Below, in pieces: positions 45,704 to 55,300 of a DNA stretch of 64,000 nt. The position numbers and the translations under genes were made by a program. How positions within the stretch are numbered: position 1 is the first letter of the stretch; each line of letters begins with the position of its first letter. The stretch spans positions 632 through 64,631 of the forward strand of contig CAJQOG010000066.1 of the NCBI GenBank assembly GCA_905479875.1, written 5' to 3'. This DNA comes from an uncultured Gammaproteobacteria bacterium. GTDB taxonomy: Bacteria; Pseudomonadota; Gammaproteobacteria; Steroidobacterales; JABDMI01. Below the pieces are notes generated by a model that was not told where the DNA came from, ran no database searches, and saw only the letters and a program-made list of their open reading frames with translations.

Positions 45704-47002
45704 TTAAACACGTTCCAAAAGCATGGCTCCGCCTAAGCCGCCGCCAATACAAAGTGTAGCTATGGCAAGTTTTTGGTCTTTTCGTTTTAGTACATTTAAT
45801 GCATGTAAGCTTAATCTTGCACCTGTGGCTCCCACTGGGTGACCTAGGCTTACAGCACCGCCATCGATGTTGATTTTTTCAGGGTCTATGCTGCCAAGGG
45901 CCTTGTCTAAACCAAGCTCTTTTTGACAAAACTCATCATCTTCCCATGCGGCCTGACAAGCAAGAACTTGTCCTGCAAAGGCTTCGTTGAGTTCCCAATA
46001 GTCGATATCAGCTAAGCTTAAGTTATTGCGTTGTAATAAAGGCGTAGTGGCATAAACTGGACCCAAGCCCATTTCAGCTGCGTTTAGTCCAGCCCATTCG
46101 GTGTCAACTAAGCGTCCCAATGGTTTTAAGTTATATTTCTTAACCGCATCTTCGCTGGCTAATAAAAGCAGGGCTGAGCCGTCAGTTATTTGCGAGCTAT
46201 TGGCAGCGGTAACCTTTCCAACCTTACGATCAAAGAATGGTTTGATAGTACCTAGTTTGTCAGCATTTGAATCTCTACGCATGCCATCGTCTTCGCCAAG
46301 AACCTTGCCTTTATGGAATAGGGGAACAATTTCATCCATATAGCCTTCATCAACTGCATTGGCTAAACGTAAGTGACTGCGAACAGAATACTCATCCATC
46401 TCTCTACGCGTAATGTCGAACTTGTGGGCTATAACTTCGCAGGTTTGCCCCATATTTAAATCAACTAGTGGATCAGTAAGGCCTTTCATAATGCCAATGA
46501 CAGGTTTTAAGTGACCTGGACGGAATTTCGAAAACACTTTGAGTTTGTCCATTGGCTTGCGTGCACGGGCAAGATCACCTAAGAAATTAACCATATCGTC
46601 ATTAAATAACACTGGAGCACGACTCATCGCTTCAGTACCACCAGCTAACATTAAGTCAGCACGACCAAGAGCAATATCTTTTGCCGCATTATCAACAGCT
46701 TGCATGGCAGAGGCGCAGTTACGCATTACCGTATAACCTGGTGTTTCGTCACCGCAGCCAAGGCGTAAAGCAATCAATCGACCAATATTTGGCTCATCAG
46801 GGCTAGGCATGGCGCAGCCGATTACTACTTCATCTAAGTCTTCAGGAGAGAAAGGCTGTCTTGCAAGAAGCGTACGGCCTGCATTAACAGCCAGCTCAGA
46901 AGCGCTAAATAAACCTGGCTTACCACGAGCTTTTAAGAAGGGGGTGCGAGCACCATCAATGACATACACAGGGCGATCGTTGTAGGCATTACGTTTTGAC
47001 AT
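45704..47002 (-). CDS. acetyl-CoA C-acyltransferase (FadI-like long thiolase)
   Basis: 432 aa. NCASAMQAV (active Cys), NEAFAGQVL, GGAVSLGHPVGATGAR, CIGGGLGGAMLLE. The inserted central segment resembles FadI-type thiolases. Confidence 0.9.
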   Translation of the reverse strand: MSKRNAYNDRPVYVIDGARTPFLKARGKPGLFSASELAVNAGRTLLARQPFSPEDLDEVVIGCAMPSPDEPNIGRLIALRLGCGDETPGYTVMRNCASAMQAVDNAAKDIALGRADLMLAGGTEAMSRAPVLFNDDMVNFLGDLARARKPMDKLKVFSKFRPGHLKPVIGIMKGLTDPLVDLNMGQTCEVIAHKFDITRREMDEYSVRSHLRLANAVDEGYMDEIVPLFHKGKVLGEDDGMRRDSNADKLGTIKPFFDRKVGKVTAANSSQITDGSALLLLASEDAVKKYNLKPLGRLVDTEWAGLNAAEMGLGPVYATTPLLQRNNLSLADIDYWELNEAFAGQVLACQAAWEDDEFCQKELGLDKALGSIDPEKINIDGGAVSLGHPVGATGARLSLHALNVLKRKDQKLAIATLCIGGGLGGAMLLERV

Positions 47003-47038
47003 GATATTTCCTGAACTTAATTAAATATAAAATATTAT

Positions 47039-47719
47039 TTAGGCTTCGCCGTCTACAGACGGCAGCGAAGCTTGAATGGGTGCTGGTTTAGCGTGAAAAC
47101 CTGCAATTACAAACGGTACTAATTGATGCACTTGGCGTTCAATCCATTCACTGGTAATTGATTCGCCCGAAATTAACCCAAGTAATTCGCTTTCAACAAA
47201 TGAGTGCGACATAGCGCCAATAGTGAATTGCAGCCTTAAATTGATAATTTCAGGTGAAAGCTTTGGAAAGGTCTTTGCTAGGGCTACTTGGTAACGGTCT
47301 AGTACTTCGTGATAGCTTTCTGCAAACAATTTTCTAAACTGTTTGGCTGCCTCAGAATAAGTACGGCTTATTAAACGCATGATATTTAGAGTTTGCTTAC
47401 CTTCTCCAATGCTTATTTCTAGCATGGGTAAAACAAAAGCTTCAATAATTTCTTCTGCTGGAATGGCTTTTTTGCCATATTTTTTCTCGAGCTTATTAAG
47501 ATTACGTAAACGGGCTTTGTTTAATGGCTCTAAACGACGTTCATATACGGCTTCGATCAGCGCTTCTTTGGATCCAAAGTGATAGTTAACCGCCGCAAGG
47601 TTTACTCTAGCCATAGCGGTAATGCTGCGCATAGATGTTGCAGCAATGCCCGATTCAGCAAAAAGCTGTTCAGCAGTGCTTAGAATTCTCTCTCTAGTTG
47701 AATTAAGAATGCGTTTCAT
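47039..47719 (-). CDS. TetR family transcriptional regulator (PsrA-like by context)
   Basis: 226 aa. HTH ILSTAEQLFAESGIAATSMRSITAMARVNLAAVNYHFGSKEAL. First gene of the thiolase/dehydrogenase/thioesterase operon. Confidence 0.85.
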   Translation of the reverse strand: MKRILNSTRERILSTAEQLFAESGIAATSMRSITAMARVNLAAVNYHFGSKEALIEAVYERRLEPLNKARLRNLNKLEKKYGKKAIPAEEIIEAFVLPMLEISIGEGKQTLNIMRLISRTYSEAAKQFRKLFAESYHEVLDRYQVALAKTFPKLSPEIINLRLQFTIGAMSHSFVESELLGLISGESITSEWIERQVHQLVPFVIAGFHAKPAPIQASLPSVDGEA

Positions 47720-47901
47720 TAATTGCCTCTAAGATTTGTTCAATCTATTATTTAAAACAGGTACTATTCATATCCATCTTTGTGGACAATATCAGGCAAT
47801 GTTTAGTTTGCTGTTAATTTGAATAGCGATTTGATGTATGCCGTTCCTTGACATCTACAAAGCCTCTGTAGACGACCTGTATATAATTTGATAGGTCGTT
47901 T

Positions 47902-47915
47902 CAAACAATCGTTTA
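47902..47915. promoter_or_regulatory. PsrA-type operator candidate CAAAC-AATC-GTTTA
   Basis: Matches the Pseudomonas PsrA motif (G/C)AAAC-N2-4-GTTT(G/C) except for the last base. Lies about 185 nt upstream of the TetR gene, next to a second inverted repeat ACGACCT-N14-AGGTCGT (47872-47899). Confidence 0.4.
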
Positions 47916-48062
47916 ATAGTAAGTTGTGAAACCATTTGGTGCAAGTTGATAAAGTTGGATGTTGTTGTAAAGTGTCTTATAGTCTACGTAAAATTATTCG
48001 ATACATTGCATTAGATATTGCTTTCAACTTATTGTTTTTTATGAATATAAAATAAATAAATT

Positions 48063-48560
48063 ATGCGTTACTTTACAATAATACGTCATGCAAAATCCAG
48101 TTGGGGTGTTCAAGGTTTAAGCGACCATGATCGGCCGCTTAATGACCGTGGTCAACGTGATGCGCCACGTATGGCTCGCTGGCTTGGGCGAACTTTGTAC
48201 AAGCCTGAGACCTTGGTTGTTAGTTCAGCAACTAGAGCTCAAGAAACGGCGTGCTATTTTCAAGAACGCTTGGAAATAGCAAATAAAAATTATGTTACAG
48301 ACTCGAGACTTTACCTAGCAGGAATGCAGGAATGGATTCAGGTTTTAGAAGACTCCTTGCAAGAAAAAAAGCATATGGCTTTTTTTGCTCATAATCCAGG
48401 AGTTACTAATGTGATTAACTGGTTGGCTGAGGAATCCCTTTTTGATACTCCAACCTGTGCGATTGCTGTAATCGCTATTCCAGAGGATTGTGAGCGAATT
48501 GATTCAGGTATTGGTAAACTTATTGCCTACAAAACTCCTAAAACTCTAGAGACAGATTAA
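48063..48560 (+). CDS. histidine phosphatase family protein, SixA-like
   Basis: 165 aa. IIRHAKS (RHG-type catalytic His), DRPLNDRGQRDA, HNPG. Confidence 0.75.
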   Translation: MRYFTIIRHAKSSWGVQGLSDHDRPLNDRGQRDAPRMARWLGRTLYKPETLVVSSATRAQETACYFQERLEIANKNYVTDSRLYLAGMQEWIQVLEDSLQEKKHMAFFAHNPGVTNVINWLAEESLFDTPTCAIAVIAIPEDCERIDSGIGKLIAYKTPKTLETD

Positions 48561-48583
48561 CTAATCAGCCTAAAAGCTTTCTT

Positions 48584-49138
48584 ATGCCCAGTATAAATAC
48601 CCTCAAAGCCTTCAATTTTCAAAAATGGATTGAAGAACATCGTGACCTGCTCAAACCGCCTGTTGGTAATAAATGCATCTGGGAAGATGCAGATATGACA
48701 GTTATGGTTGTTGGAGGCCCCAATCAACGCACAGACTTTCATGATGATCCTATGGAAGAGTTCTTTTATATGCTTGAAGGTAATATGACTCTGAAAGTCA
48801 TTGAAGAGAATGGCTTACCCGCGATAGATATACCAATCAATGAAGGCGAAATTTTCTTCTTACCAGCACATGTGAGGCATTCGCCACAGCGTGAAGCCAA
48901 TAGTCTGGGTCTGGTAGTCGAGCCAAAACGCCTAAAGGGAGAGAAAGATGCTTTCGAATGGTATTGCCCGCGGTGTAATTATTTAGTCTACAGAGTGGAA
49001 TTCATTCTTAATGATATTGAAAAGGACTTGCCGCCTTTGTTTAATGCATTTTATGAATCTAAGGAAAAACGCACCTGTTTTGAATGCGGGCAGTTACATC
49101 CAGGCAAGGAATTGCCAGTTGTTATGGAAGAAGAATAA
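48584..49138 (+). CDS. nbaC: 3-hydroxyanthranilate 3,4-dioxygenase
   Basis: 184 aa cupin. FNFQKWIEEHRDLLKPPVGNK, VGGPNQRTDFHDDPMEEFFYMLEG, HSPQR, LGLVVE, and the C-terminal rubredoxin-like CPRC...CFEC site. Confidence 0.9.
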   Translation: MPSINTLKAFNFQKWIEEHRDLLKPPVGNKCIWEDADMTVMVVGGPNQRTDFHDDPMEEFFYMLEGNMTLKVIEENGLPAIDIPINEGEIFFLPAHVRHSPQREANSLGLVVEPKRLKGEKDAFEWYCPRCNYLVYRVEFILNDIEKDLPPLFNAFYESKEKRTCFECGQLHPGKELPVVMEEE

Positions 49139-49168
49139 ACTCAATTAAGAAGTCATTAAGATAATTGC

Positions 49169-49237
49169 TGTCATCCTGAATTTGATTCAGGATCCAGTTA
49201 TTATCGACATGCACCCCGTATCAAGTACGGGATGACA
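49169..49237. repeat. REP-like element pair in inverted orientation (TGTCATCC ... GGATGACA), copies 2 and 3
   Basis: Left unit is TGTCATCCTGAATTTGATTCAGGATC (stem ATCCTGAAT/ATTCAGGAT). Right unit, read on the minus strand, is TGTCATCCCGTACTTGATACGGGGTG (stem CCCGTA/TACGGG). Identical 8-nt heads, with base changes on both stem strands that keep each hairpin paired. Confidence 0.55.
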
Positions 49238-49264
49238 ATGTTTAAAATATCGATAACAAAAACT

Positions 49265-50452
49265 ATGAATAAAAAACTCTCAAACTTTGTTAATAATATG
49301 CAAGCCCCAGCTACTCTTGCCATGGCACAAAAAGCCAGAGAAGTAGCAGCAGAAGGACATGACGTCATTAATCTGTCGATTGGCGAGCCTGATTTTGACA
49401 CTCCTCAGCATATTAAAGATGCTTGTATAGCAGCAATTCAGGCAGGGCATACGTCATATACACCTGTCCCCGGAATTCTTGCATTACGTGAAGCGATTTG
49501 CAACAAACTTAAGCGAGAGAATGGTCTAAGTTACCAGCCTTCTCAGATTGTAGTATCAACTGGTGCTAAACAATCCATTGCCAATGTGGCTTTAGCATTA
49601 TTACAAGAAGGTGATGAAGCTGTATTGATAACTCCTTATTGGGTATCTTATTTAACTATTGCTGAAATGACAGGAGCCAAAGCAATAGCTTTAGCTGCAG
49701 ACATTAGCAATGATTTCAAAGTGACCGCAAAACAACTAAAAGATTGCTTGAATGAAAAAAGTAAGCTTGTAATATTTTCTTCACCGTGTAATCCAACGGG
49801 AGCGGTCTATACCAAGTCTGAATTAGAAGCATTAGCTGAAGTGTTAAGGGAGTTTCCGAACGTGTACGTGATTTCGGACGAGATTTATGAACATATTAAT
49901 TTTGGTGCTCAACATGCGAGCTTGGCATCAATAGATGGTATGTATGAGAAAACAATTACTATCAATGGGTTTTCGAAAGGCTATGCGATGACAGGTTGGC
50001 GCCTAGGATATTTAGCTGCACCAGAGTGGATAGCTAAAGCGGCAGCCAAAATTCAAGGACAATTTACTTCTGGAACTTGTAATTTCAATCAACATGCTGC
50101 TGTTACCGCTTTAAACGGAGACATGCAGCCAACTAAAGATATGACGGCTAGCTATCACAAGCGCAGAGATATGATGATTGAATTATTAAAACCACTAACA
50201 GATTTTCAATTTTCAGTACCCGACGGAGCCTTTTATTTATTTCCTGACGTTAGTCGATTATTTGGTAAGATTATTCAGGGTGTAAGTTTGAAATCCGCCG
50301 ATGATGTTGTGGAGTTTTTATTAGATAAGGCTCATATTGCCACGGTAACTGGCACCGCTTTTGGAGATTCGAATTGTATTCGTTTATCTATTGCAACCAG
50401 TGAAGATAAATTAAGAGAGGCTGCAGAAAGATTGTTGAAATTATTTGCTTAA
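49265..50452 (+). CDS. pyridoxal-phosphate-dependent aminotransferase, class I (aspartate/aromatic type)
   Basis: INLSIGEPDFDTP, SNPCNPTG-like SPCNPTGAVY, SFSKGYAMTGWRLGY (PLP Lys). Start taken at ATG 49265 (MNKKLSNF...), because the listed 49232 start lies inside the REP-like element. Confidence 0.88.
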   Translation: MNKKLSNFVNNMQAPATLAMAQKAREVAAEGHDVINLSIGEPDFDTPQHIKDACIAAIQAGHTSYTPVPGILALREAICNKLKRENGLSYQPSQIVVSTGAKQSIANVALALLQEGDEAVLITPYWVSYLTIAEMTGAKAIALAADISNDFKVTAKQLKDCLNEKSKLVIFSSPCNPTGAVYTKSELEALAEVLREFPNVYVISDEIYEHINFGAQHASLASIDGMYEKTITINGFSKGYAMTGWRLGYLAAPEWIAKAAAKIQGQFTSGTCNFNQHAAVTALNGDMQPTKDMTASYHKRRDMMIELLKPLTDFQFSVPDGAFYLFPDVSRLFGKIIQGVSLKSADDVVEFLLDKAHIATVTGTAFGDSNCIRLSIATSEDKLREAAERLLKLFA

Positions 50453-50576
50453 AGTAATTATTCAATAGTTTAATAGCCCATCTGGCAAATCAAAAGTCTT
50501 GTTTAAAGCGTATCAGTAATAGAAAAAGCTTTAGCGAAATTTCAATATTAATTTTTAGTATAAATAAGGAAAACCA

Positions 50577-51752
50577 ATGTCTACAACCCAACGTGAGTTT
50601 GATGTAATCGTATACGGAGCAACCGGATTTACCGGTCGCCTAGTCGCAGAATATATTTCTCAAGAGCATTCTGATATTAAGTGGGCAATGGCTGGACGCA
50701 GTGCCGAAAAACTGGCTAATGTCCGAGATTTAATTGCAGCACCTGCTGATATCCCATTAATTGTTGCTGACAGTTCTGAAGAGGGTTCAATAGAAAGTAT
50801 GGCTCAACGAGCAGCCTGTGTGATTACAACAGTTGGACCATATCAACTTTATGGCGAAAGCCTTGTTGCTGCCTGCGCTGCAACTGGGACTGACTATGTT
50901 GATTTGTGTGGTGAACCTGCATGGATGCACGATATTGTTAGAAACTATAATGCTGCGGCAGCTGAATCTGGTGCACGCATTGTTTTATCTTGCGGTTTCG
51001 ATTCTATTCCCTTTGATCTTGGGGTGTACTTTTTACAGAAACATGCTCTTGAAAGTACTGGATCAGCATTGTCTCGGGTTAAAGGACGTGTACGTAAAAT
51101 GCAGGGAACCTTCTCCGGTGGAACGGCAGCTAGTTTTTTTGAAACGATGAAACGTGCCAAAGTTCAACCAGAGGTAATGGACTGGTTACGTGACCCATTT
51201 ACTTTATGTCCAGGATTTACTGGTCCAGCTCAACCGCACGGAGCTAAACCAATCTACGAAGAAGACTTGGGTAGTTGGTCAGCGCCATTCATTATGGCAT
51301 CAATAAATACTAAAAATATACATCGTTCAAATGCATTGTTAGGGCACATGTATGGTGAAGACTTTATTTATGATGAAATGCTTTTAACCGGCCCTGGTGA
51401 GCAAGGCGAAAAAATTGCCAACGCAGTCGCTAGTGATAACTCGATGGCTACGAATCCTCCAAAACCTGGTGAAGGTCCATCTAAAGAAGAGCGTGAAAAT
51501 GGTTTTTTTGATGTGATGTTTACTGGTCAAACAGTTGAAGGTAAAAGCCTCACTGTGGGTGTTACTGGCGACAAAGATCCTGGCTATGGTTCAACGTCGA
51601 AAATGATTACCGAAGCTGGACTTTGTCTTGCTCGAGATGTTGACAGGGAACAAACGCCAGGCGGTGTATATACCAGCGCTCCAGCCATGGGTGATGCCTT
51701 GATAAAACGTTTGGTCGCAAATGCCGGATTAACATTTGATATCGAGAGTTAA
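50577..51752 (+). CDS. saccharopine dehydrogenase family NAD(P)-binding protein
   Basis: 391 aa. FDVIVYGATGFTGRLVAEYI Rossmann N-terminus; layout typical of the saccharopine dehydrogenase-like oxidoreductase family. Confidence 0.8.
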   Translation: MSTTQREFDVIVYGATGFTGRLVAEYISQEHSDIKWAMAGRSAEKLANVRDLIAAPADIPLIVADSSEEGSIESMAQRAACVITTVGPYQLYGESLVAACAATGTDYVDLCGEPAWMHDIVRNYNAAAAESGARIVLSCGFDSIPFDLGVYFLQKHALESTGSALSRVKGRVRKMQGTFSGGTAASFFETMKRAKVQPEVMDWLRDPFTLCPGFTGPAQPHGAKPIYEEDLGSWSAPFIMASINTKNIHRSNALLGHMYGEDFIYDEMLLTGPGEQGEKIANAVASDNSMATNPPKPGEGPSKEERENGFFDVMFTGQTVEGKSLTVGVTGDKDPGYGSTSKMITEAGLCLARDVDREQTPGGVYTSAPAMGDALIKRLVANAGLTFDIES

Positions 51753-51789
51753 ATATTTTTAGTCAGTAACTAATAACCTTCAGTGTTTT

Positions 51790-51834
51790 TGAATACAATT
51801 CGATAGTATATTTTTATATTTCGAATTGTATTCA
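51790..51834. repeat. 14-bp perfect inverted repeat TGAATACAATTCGA-N17-TCGAATTGTATTCA
   Basis: Arms at 51790-51803 and 51821-51834. No flanking T-run on either strand. Lies 29 nt upstream of the 155-aa ORF. Confidence 0.55.
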
Positions 51835-51862
51835 CTTATGGATAGTAATTTAAGAGTTAACT

Positions 51863-52330
51863 ATGGATATTAAAACCGAGATGCAAGCAGAGAAATCTGA
51901 TCTTCCAATCATTAAGCAAAAACTAAAGATATATCAAATAACGGTTATCTTTAGTTTGTTTTTTGCATTAATTGGTTTTAGTTATAACGTCTGGCGCATG
52001 GAGGTTTCAGAGGCCAATAGCAATATTCGTGAAGCTAGTTTTGAAATGTTATTGGAAATATCACAATTTCAACAACTAATCTATGTTGGGCATCACGATA
52101 AGGATATGAATATTGGTAACCCACGGAAAGGGTGGGTAAAAGTGCTGTTAATAAATGACCTAAGTCACTTAACTACAATCTCAATTGAGGAAAAAACAAA
52201 AGAATTAATCGATCTTTGGGGTATTTATTCGGAAATTTATCATGAGGATAGAGAAGCTCTTGATGAACTGGATAATTCAATTGATTTGATTCGCTTAGAA
52301 ATTAAAAACGTTTTAAAAACTTTAGATTAA
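51863..52330 (+). CDS. hypothetical single-pass membrane protein
   Basis: 155 aa with one TM helix (ITVIFSLFFALIGFSYNVW), the rest predicted helical. No family recognised. Its stop overlaps the convergent STAND gene stop (TTAA). Confidence 0.55.
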   Translation: MDIKTEMQAEKSDLPIIKQKLKIYQITVIFSLFFALIGFSYNVWRMEVSEANSNIREASFEMLLEISQFQQLIYVGHHDKDMNIGNPRKGWVKVLLINDLSHLTTISIEEKTKELIDLWGIYSEIYHEDREALDELDNSIDLIRLEIKNVLKTLD

Positions 52331-55300
52331 TTTGCTTTAATCAGTTCTTGTTCAGTCCGGTTAATTAAGTCTATATGTCCTAGCATATTCAAAGATGCAG
52401 AAAGCTCTCGAGATTGCGAAAATAATTGTTTTGCCTTTTCTTTATCGCCTGAGTTATTTCTATTTAATAACATTCTTGCTTGCCAGTAATATATTCTAGG
52501 TTCTTCTATACGATGAGGTAGATCCCTAGATTGTGTTAAGGCCTTGTTAAAATGCTTATCTGCTTGTTCCCAATTTTTGCCAGTGGCCGCTGCAATTCCA
52601 GCGTAGCGTTCAAATAAGCCAAAGCTAAAGCCTAATAGTGCTTTATTTTGGTCAACAATAGTTTTCATTATTGGATATAGCTTTGCAGCTTCTTCATGCT
52701 CTCCAATTGTTGCCAAAGCTTCGATACAGGCTTGCACTAAGCTTATCTTTCCAGCTGTAAGAGCTTGGTTCACAAGAGGTAAACTTTCTTTAATCTGTTG
52801 ATAAGCATTTAATGTATCGCTATCGGCTAGAAAAGCTTTTCCTGCTAACCAAAAACTAATATCAACTCCTGCAAACATACCGTTGGGCAGAGGGTTTAGG
52901 TTTGCAATTTGGAAATCTTCTCGACCTCCAATAATATCACCAGCTAAGAGCTTATTTACAGAACGTATACCAATCATGGCATTTGCCCAGGGAAAACCCG
53001 AGAGTTTGCAATATTCAATGGCTAAATTGCCACTCTTAAGTGCACTGGATAAATCGCCAAGAGCATGATGACGAATTGAAGTGAACAATTCACTGCACAG
53101 AAGGGGGCCAAAATTATCTTGTAATTTTGCAATAGGTTGCAGTTCTCTTGATACTTCGTCAGCTTCATTAAATCTACCTTGAAAGGTGAGGCCCGCTTCT
53201 TGCATCCATAAACACTGTGCTAAATTCCAGTCATGCTCGAGTTCTTTGTTTATCACTGCACCTTGAATTCCAGTTTCTTCAAGTTTTTTTCCATTAAATG
53301 TTGCCCAATGCATTAATCCTTTATTTTGTAAACAATGTGCAAGTAGTTTTTTGTCATTTAGTTTTTGAGCCATTTTTATAGCTTGTTCGTGGAATGGTTC
53401 TCCTACTAACGGTGTATCTGATACCCCATGAGACATACCTAGAGCAGAAAGCAATTCACATCTTGCTGATGTGATTTCTTCACCGACTAATTCTAATCCT
53501 GATTGAACAAACGCTATGGCTTCCTTGGCTTGGTTGTTCCAGGCCATCATAAAGGCTAGTTCATTACAAACAGTGGCTAGACCCGAAGTGTTTCTTTCTT
53601 TTTTATATAAAAGGAAGGCATGCATCATATTGGCGGTATAAGCTTCGCCGTTTCCAAGATTGAGTTTGGCTTTCGCTGCATGATGTAATAAGTCGGCTTC
53701 TATGTTTTTGTTATTTACTATTTTTAAAGCAGAATCATAGAATTCCAATGCTTCTTCAAAAGCTGCCGCTTGCATTGCATGATTGCCAGCACGACGGAGC
53801 CAAGCAAGGGTTTGTTCTCTATCAGCGTGTTCACCTGACTGTATCAAGTGATAGCTAATATCTGCGGCTCTTTGGTCTGAATTTAATGGATCAGATTTTT
53901 CAATTGCTTGCGAAACAACATAGTGTAGATATTGTTTTCTAGGGGCAGAAATTTGAGCAAGTAAAGTTTTTCGAGTAAGCGAATGAATAAACTCATAGCG
54001 TAAGCCCTGTCCGGCATGAGCGGGCTTGATTAGGCTAGCAGCTTCTGCCTCTTCAATTGCTAGAAGTATATTTTCACTTGTAGGACAGCTGTTCTCTAGT
54101 TCTTTAATTTTAAAACGATAGCCTAAAACAGCTGCAATTCTCAAAGTATCTTGAGTGCTTTCATTGAGTTTTTTAATTCGTTGCTCAGTAACTAACTTAA
54201 TACTATAGGGAACATCCAATTTTTTTATCAAGCTAAACTCAGTTAGCCAATTGTTATTTTCATCAAAAAGTTTATTTTCATCAATCAATTGTTGTATTAC
54301 AGATTGTACAAAAAATACGTTCCCATTGGTTTCTCTAAAAATTAATTGACTTAGCTCGATGGGCGGGGTTTTGCCTGTGGTATGAGTAATAAAACTTTCA
54401 ACTTCTTCAAGGCTGAATTGCTTAAGATTAATATGGCTGACGGATGGCAGTTTATGAAGTTTTGGTAAGATTTTTTTAAAGGGTTCTCCATGGTCAATTT
54501 CAGTATCTCTAAATGTAATTATGAATAGAATAGGGTGTTTACTTAATTGAGGTACAAAATGTTCAAGTAATTGAAAACTGGATTCATCAGCCCAATGCAA
54601 GTCATCTAACAAAAAAATGAGAGGGGTAGCTGAACTGAGCCTTATTATCATGTCAAGAATGGCATTGAACATGAAGCGTTGTTGCTGACCGGGAGGTAAG
54701 TCTACTGGGGCTGGTATGTCAGGAAATATGCGATGTAAATCTGGAACTAAACGTGTAATTTCGGCAGCAGAGTTTCCTAAAGCATCCCTAAGTGTGTTTT
54801 CAGGTAAGACTCTGGTTATTTCTTCAAGAATTTCAGTAGCTACGATATAAGGAGCCCCTTGTTCTTCATATGCGTGCCCGATTAATGGCAGAATCCCCAT
54901 TTGTTTGCCAATTTGCAAAGCCTCTTCACCTAAACGGGTTTTGCCTTGACCTGACTCACCACTGATTAAAACTATACCGCCTTGACCTGACTTAGTTTTT
55001 TGAATTTTTTCCTTAAGCAATTCAAGTTCTATAGACCTTCCGCTTAATTGCGTAAGCTGGATGTTGCTTAAGCCTAATTTATCGATGTCAATAGGTTTTA
55101 ATTTTGAGTAATTGAACCTATTGCTTGTGACATGGTTTTCTTCATCAGTAACAATAATGCCTTCTGGTGTAATATCAAAAATCCATGAAAGTATTAGTGT
55201 TATGGGTAAACCAGCAAGTAAGACCATAGTTAGGGCTTTAATAGACCAGGAAGGTGCATTAAAGGCAGGAAAAAGTATTGCGCCAACTTGAAGTAGTAGC

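Noticed and set aside
47722-47800. Long-range pairing ATTGCCT (about 47793-47799, minus-strand 5' UTR) with the TetR Shine-Dalgarno region AGGCAAT (47722-47728)
   Set aside because: It is only a 7-bp complementarity with a loop of about 65 nt. That is too weak to call a regulatory structure without comparative support.
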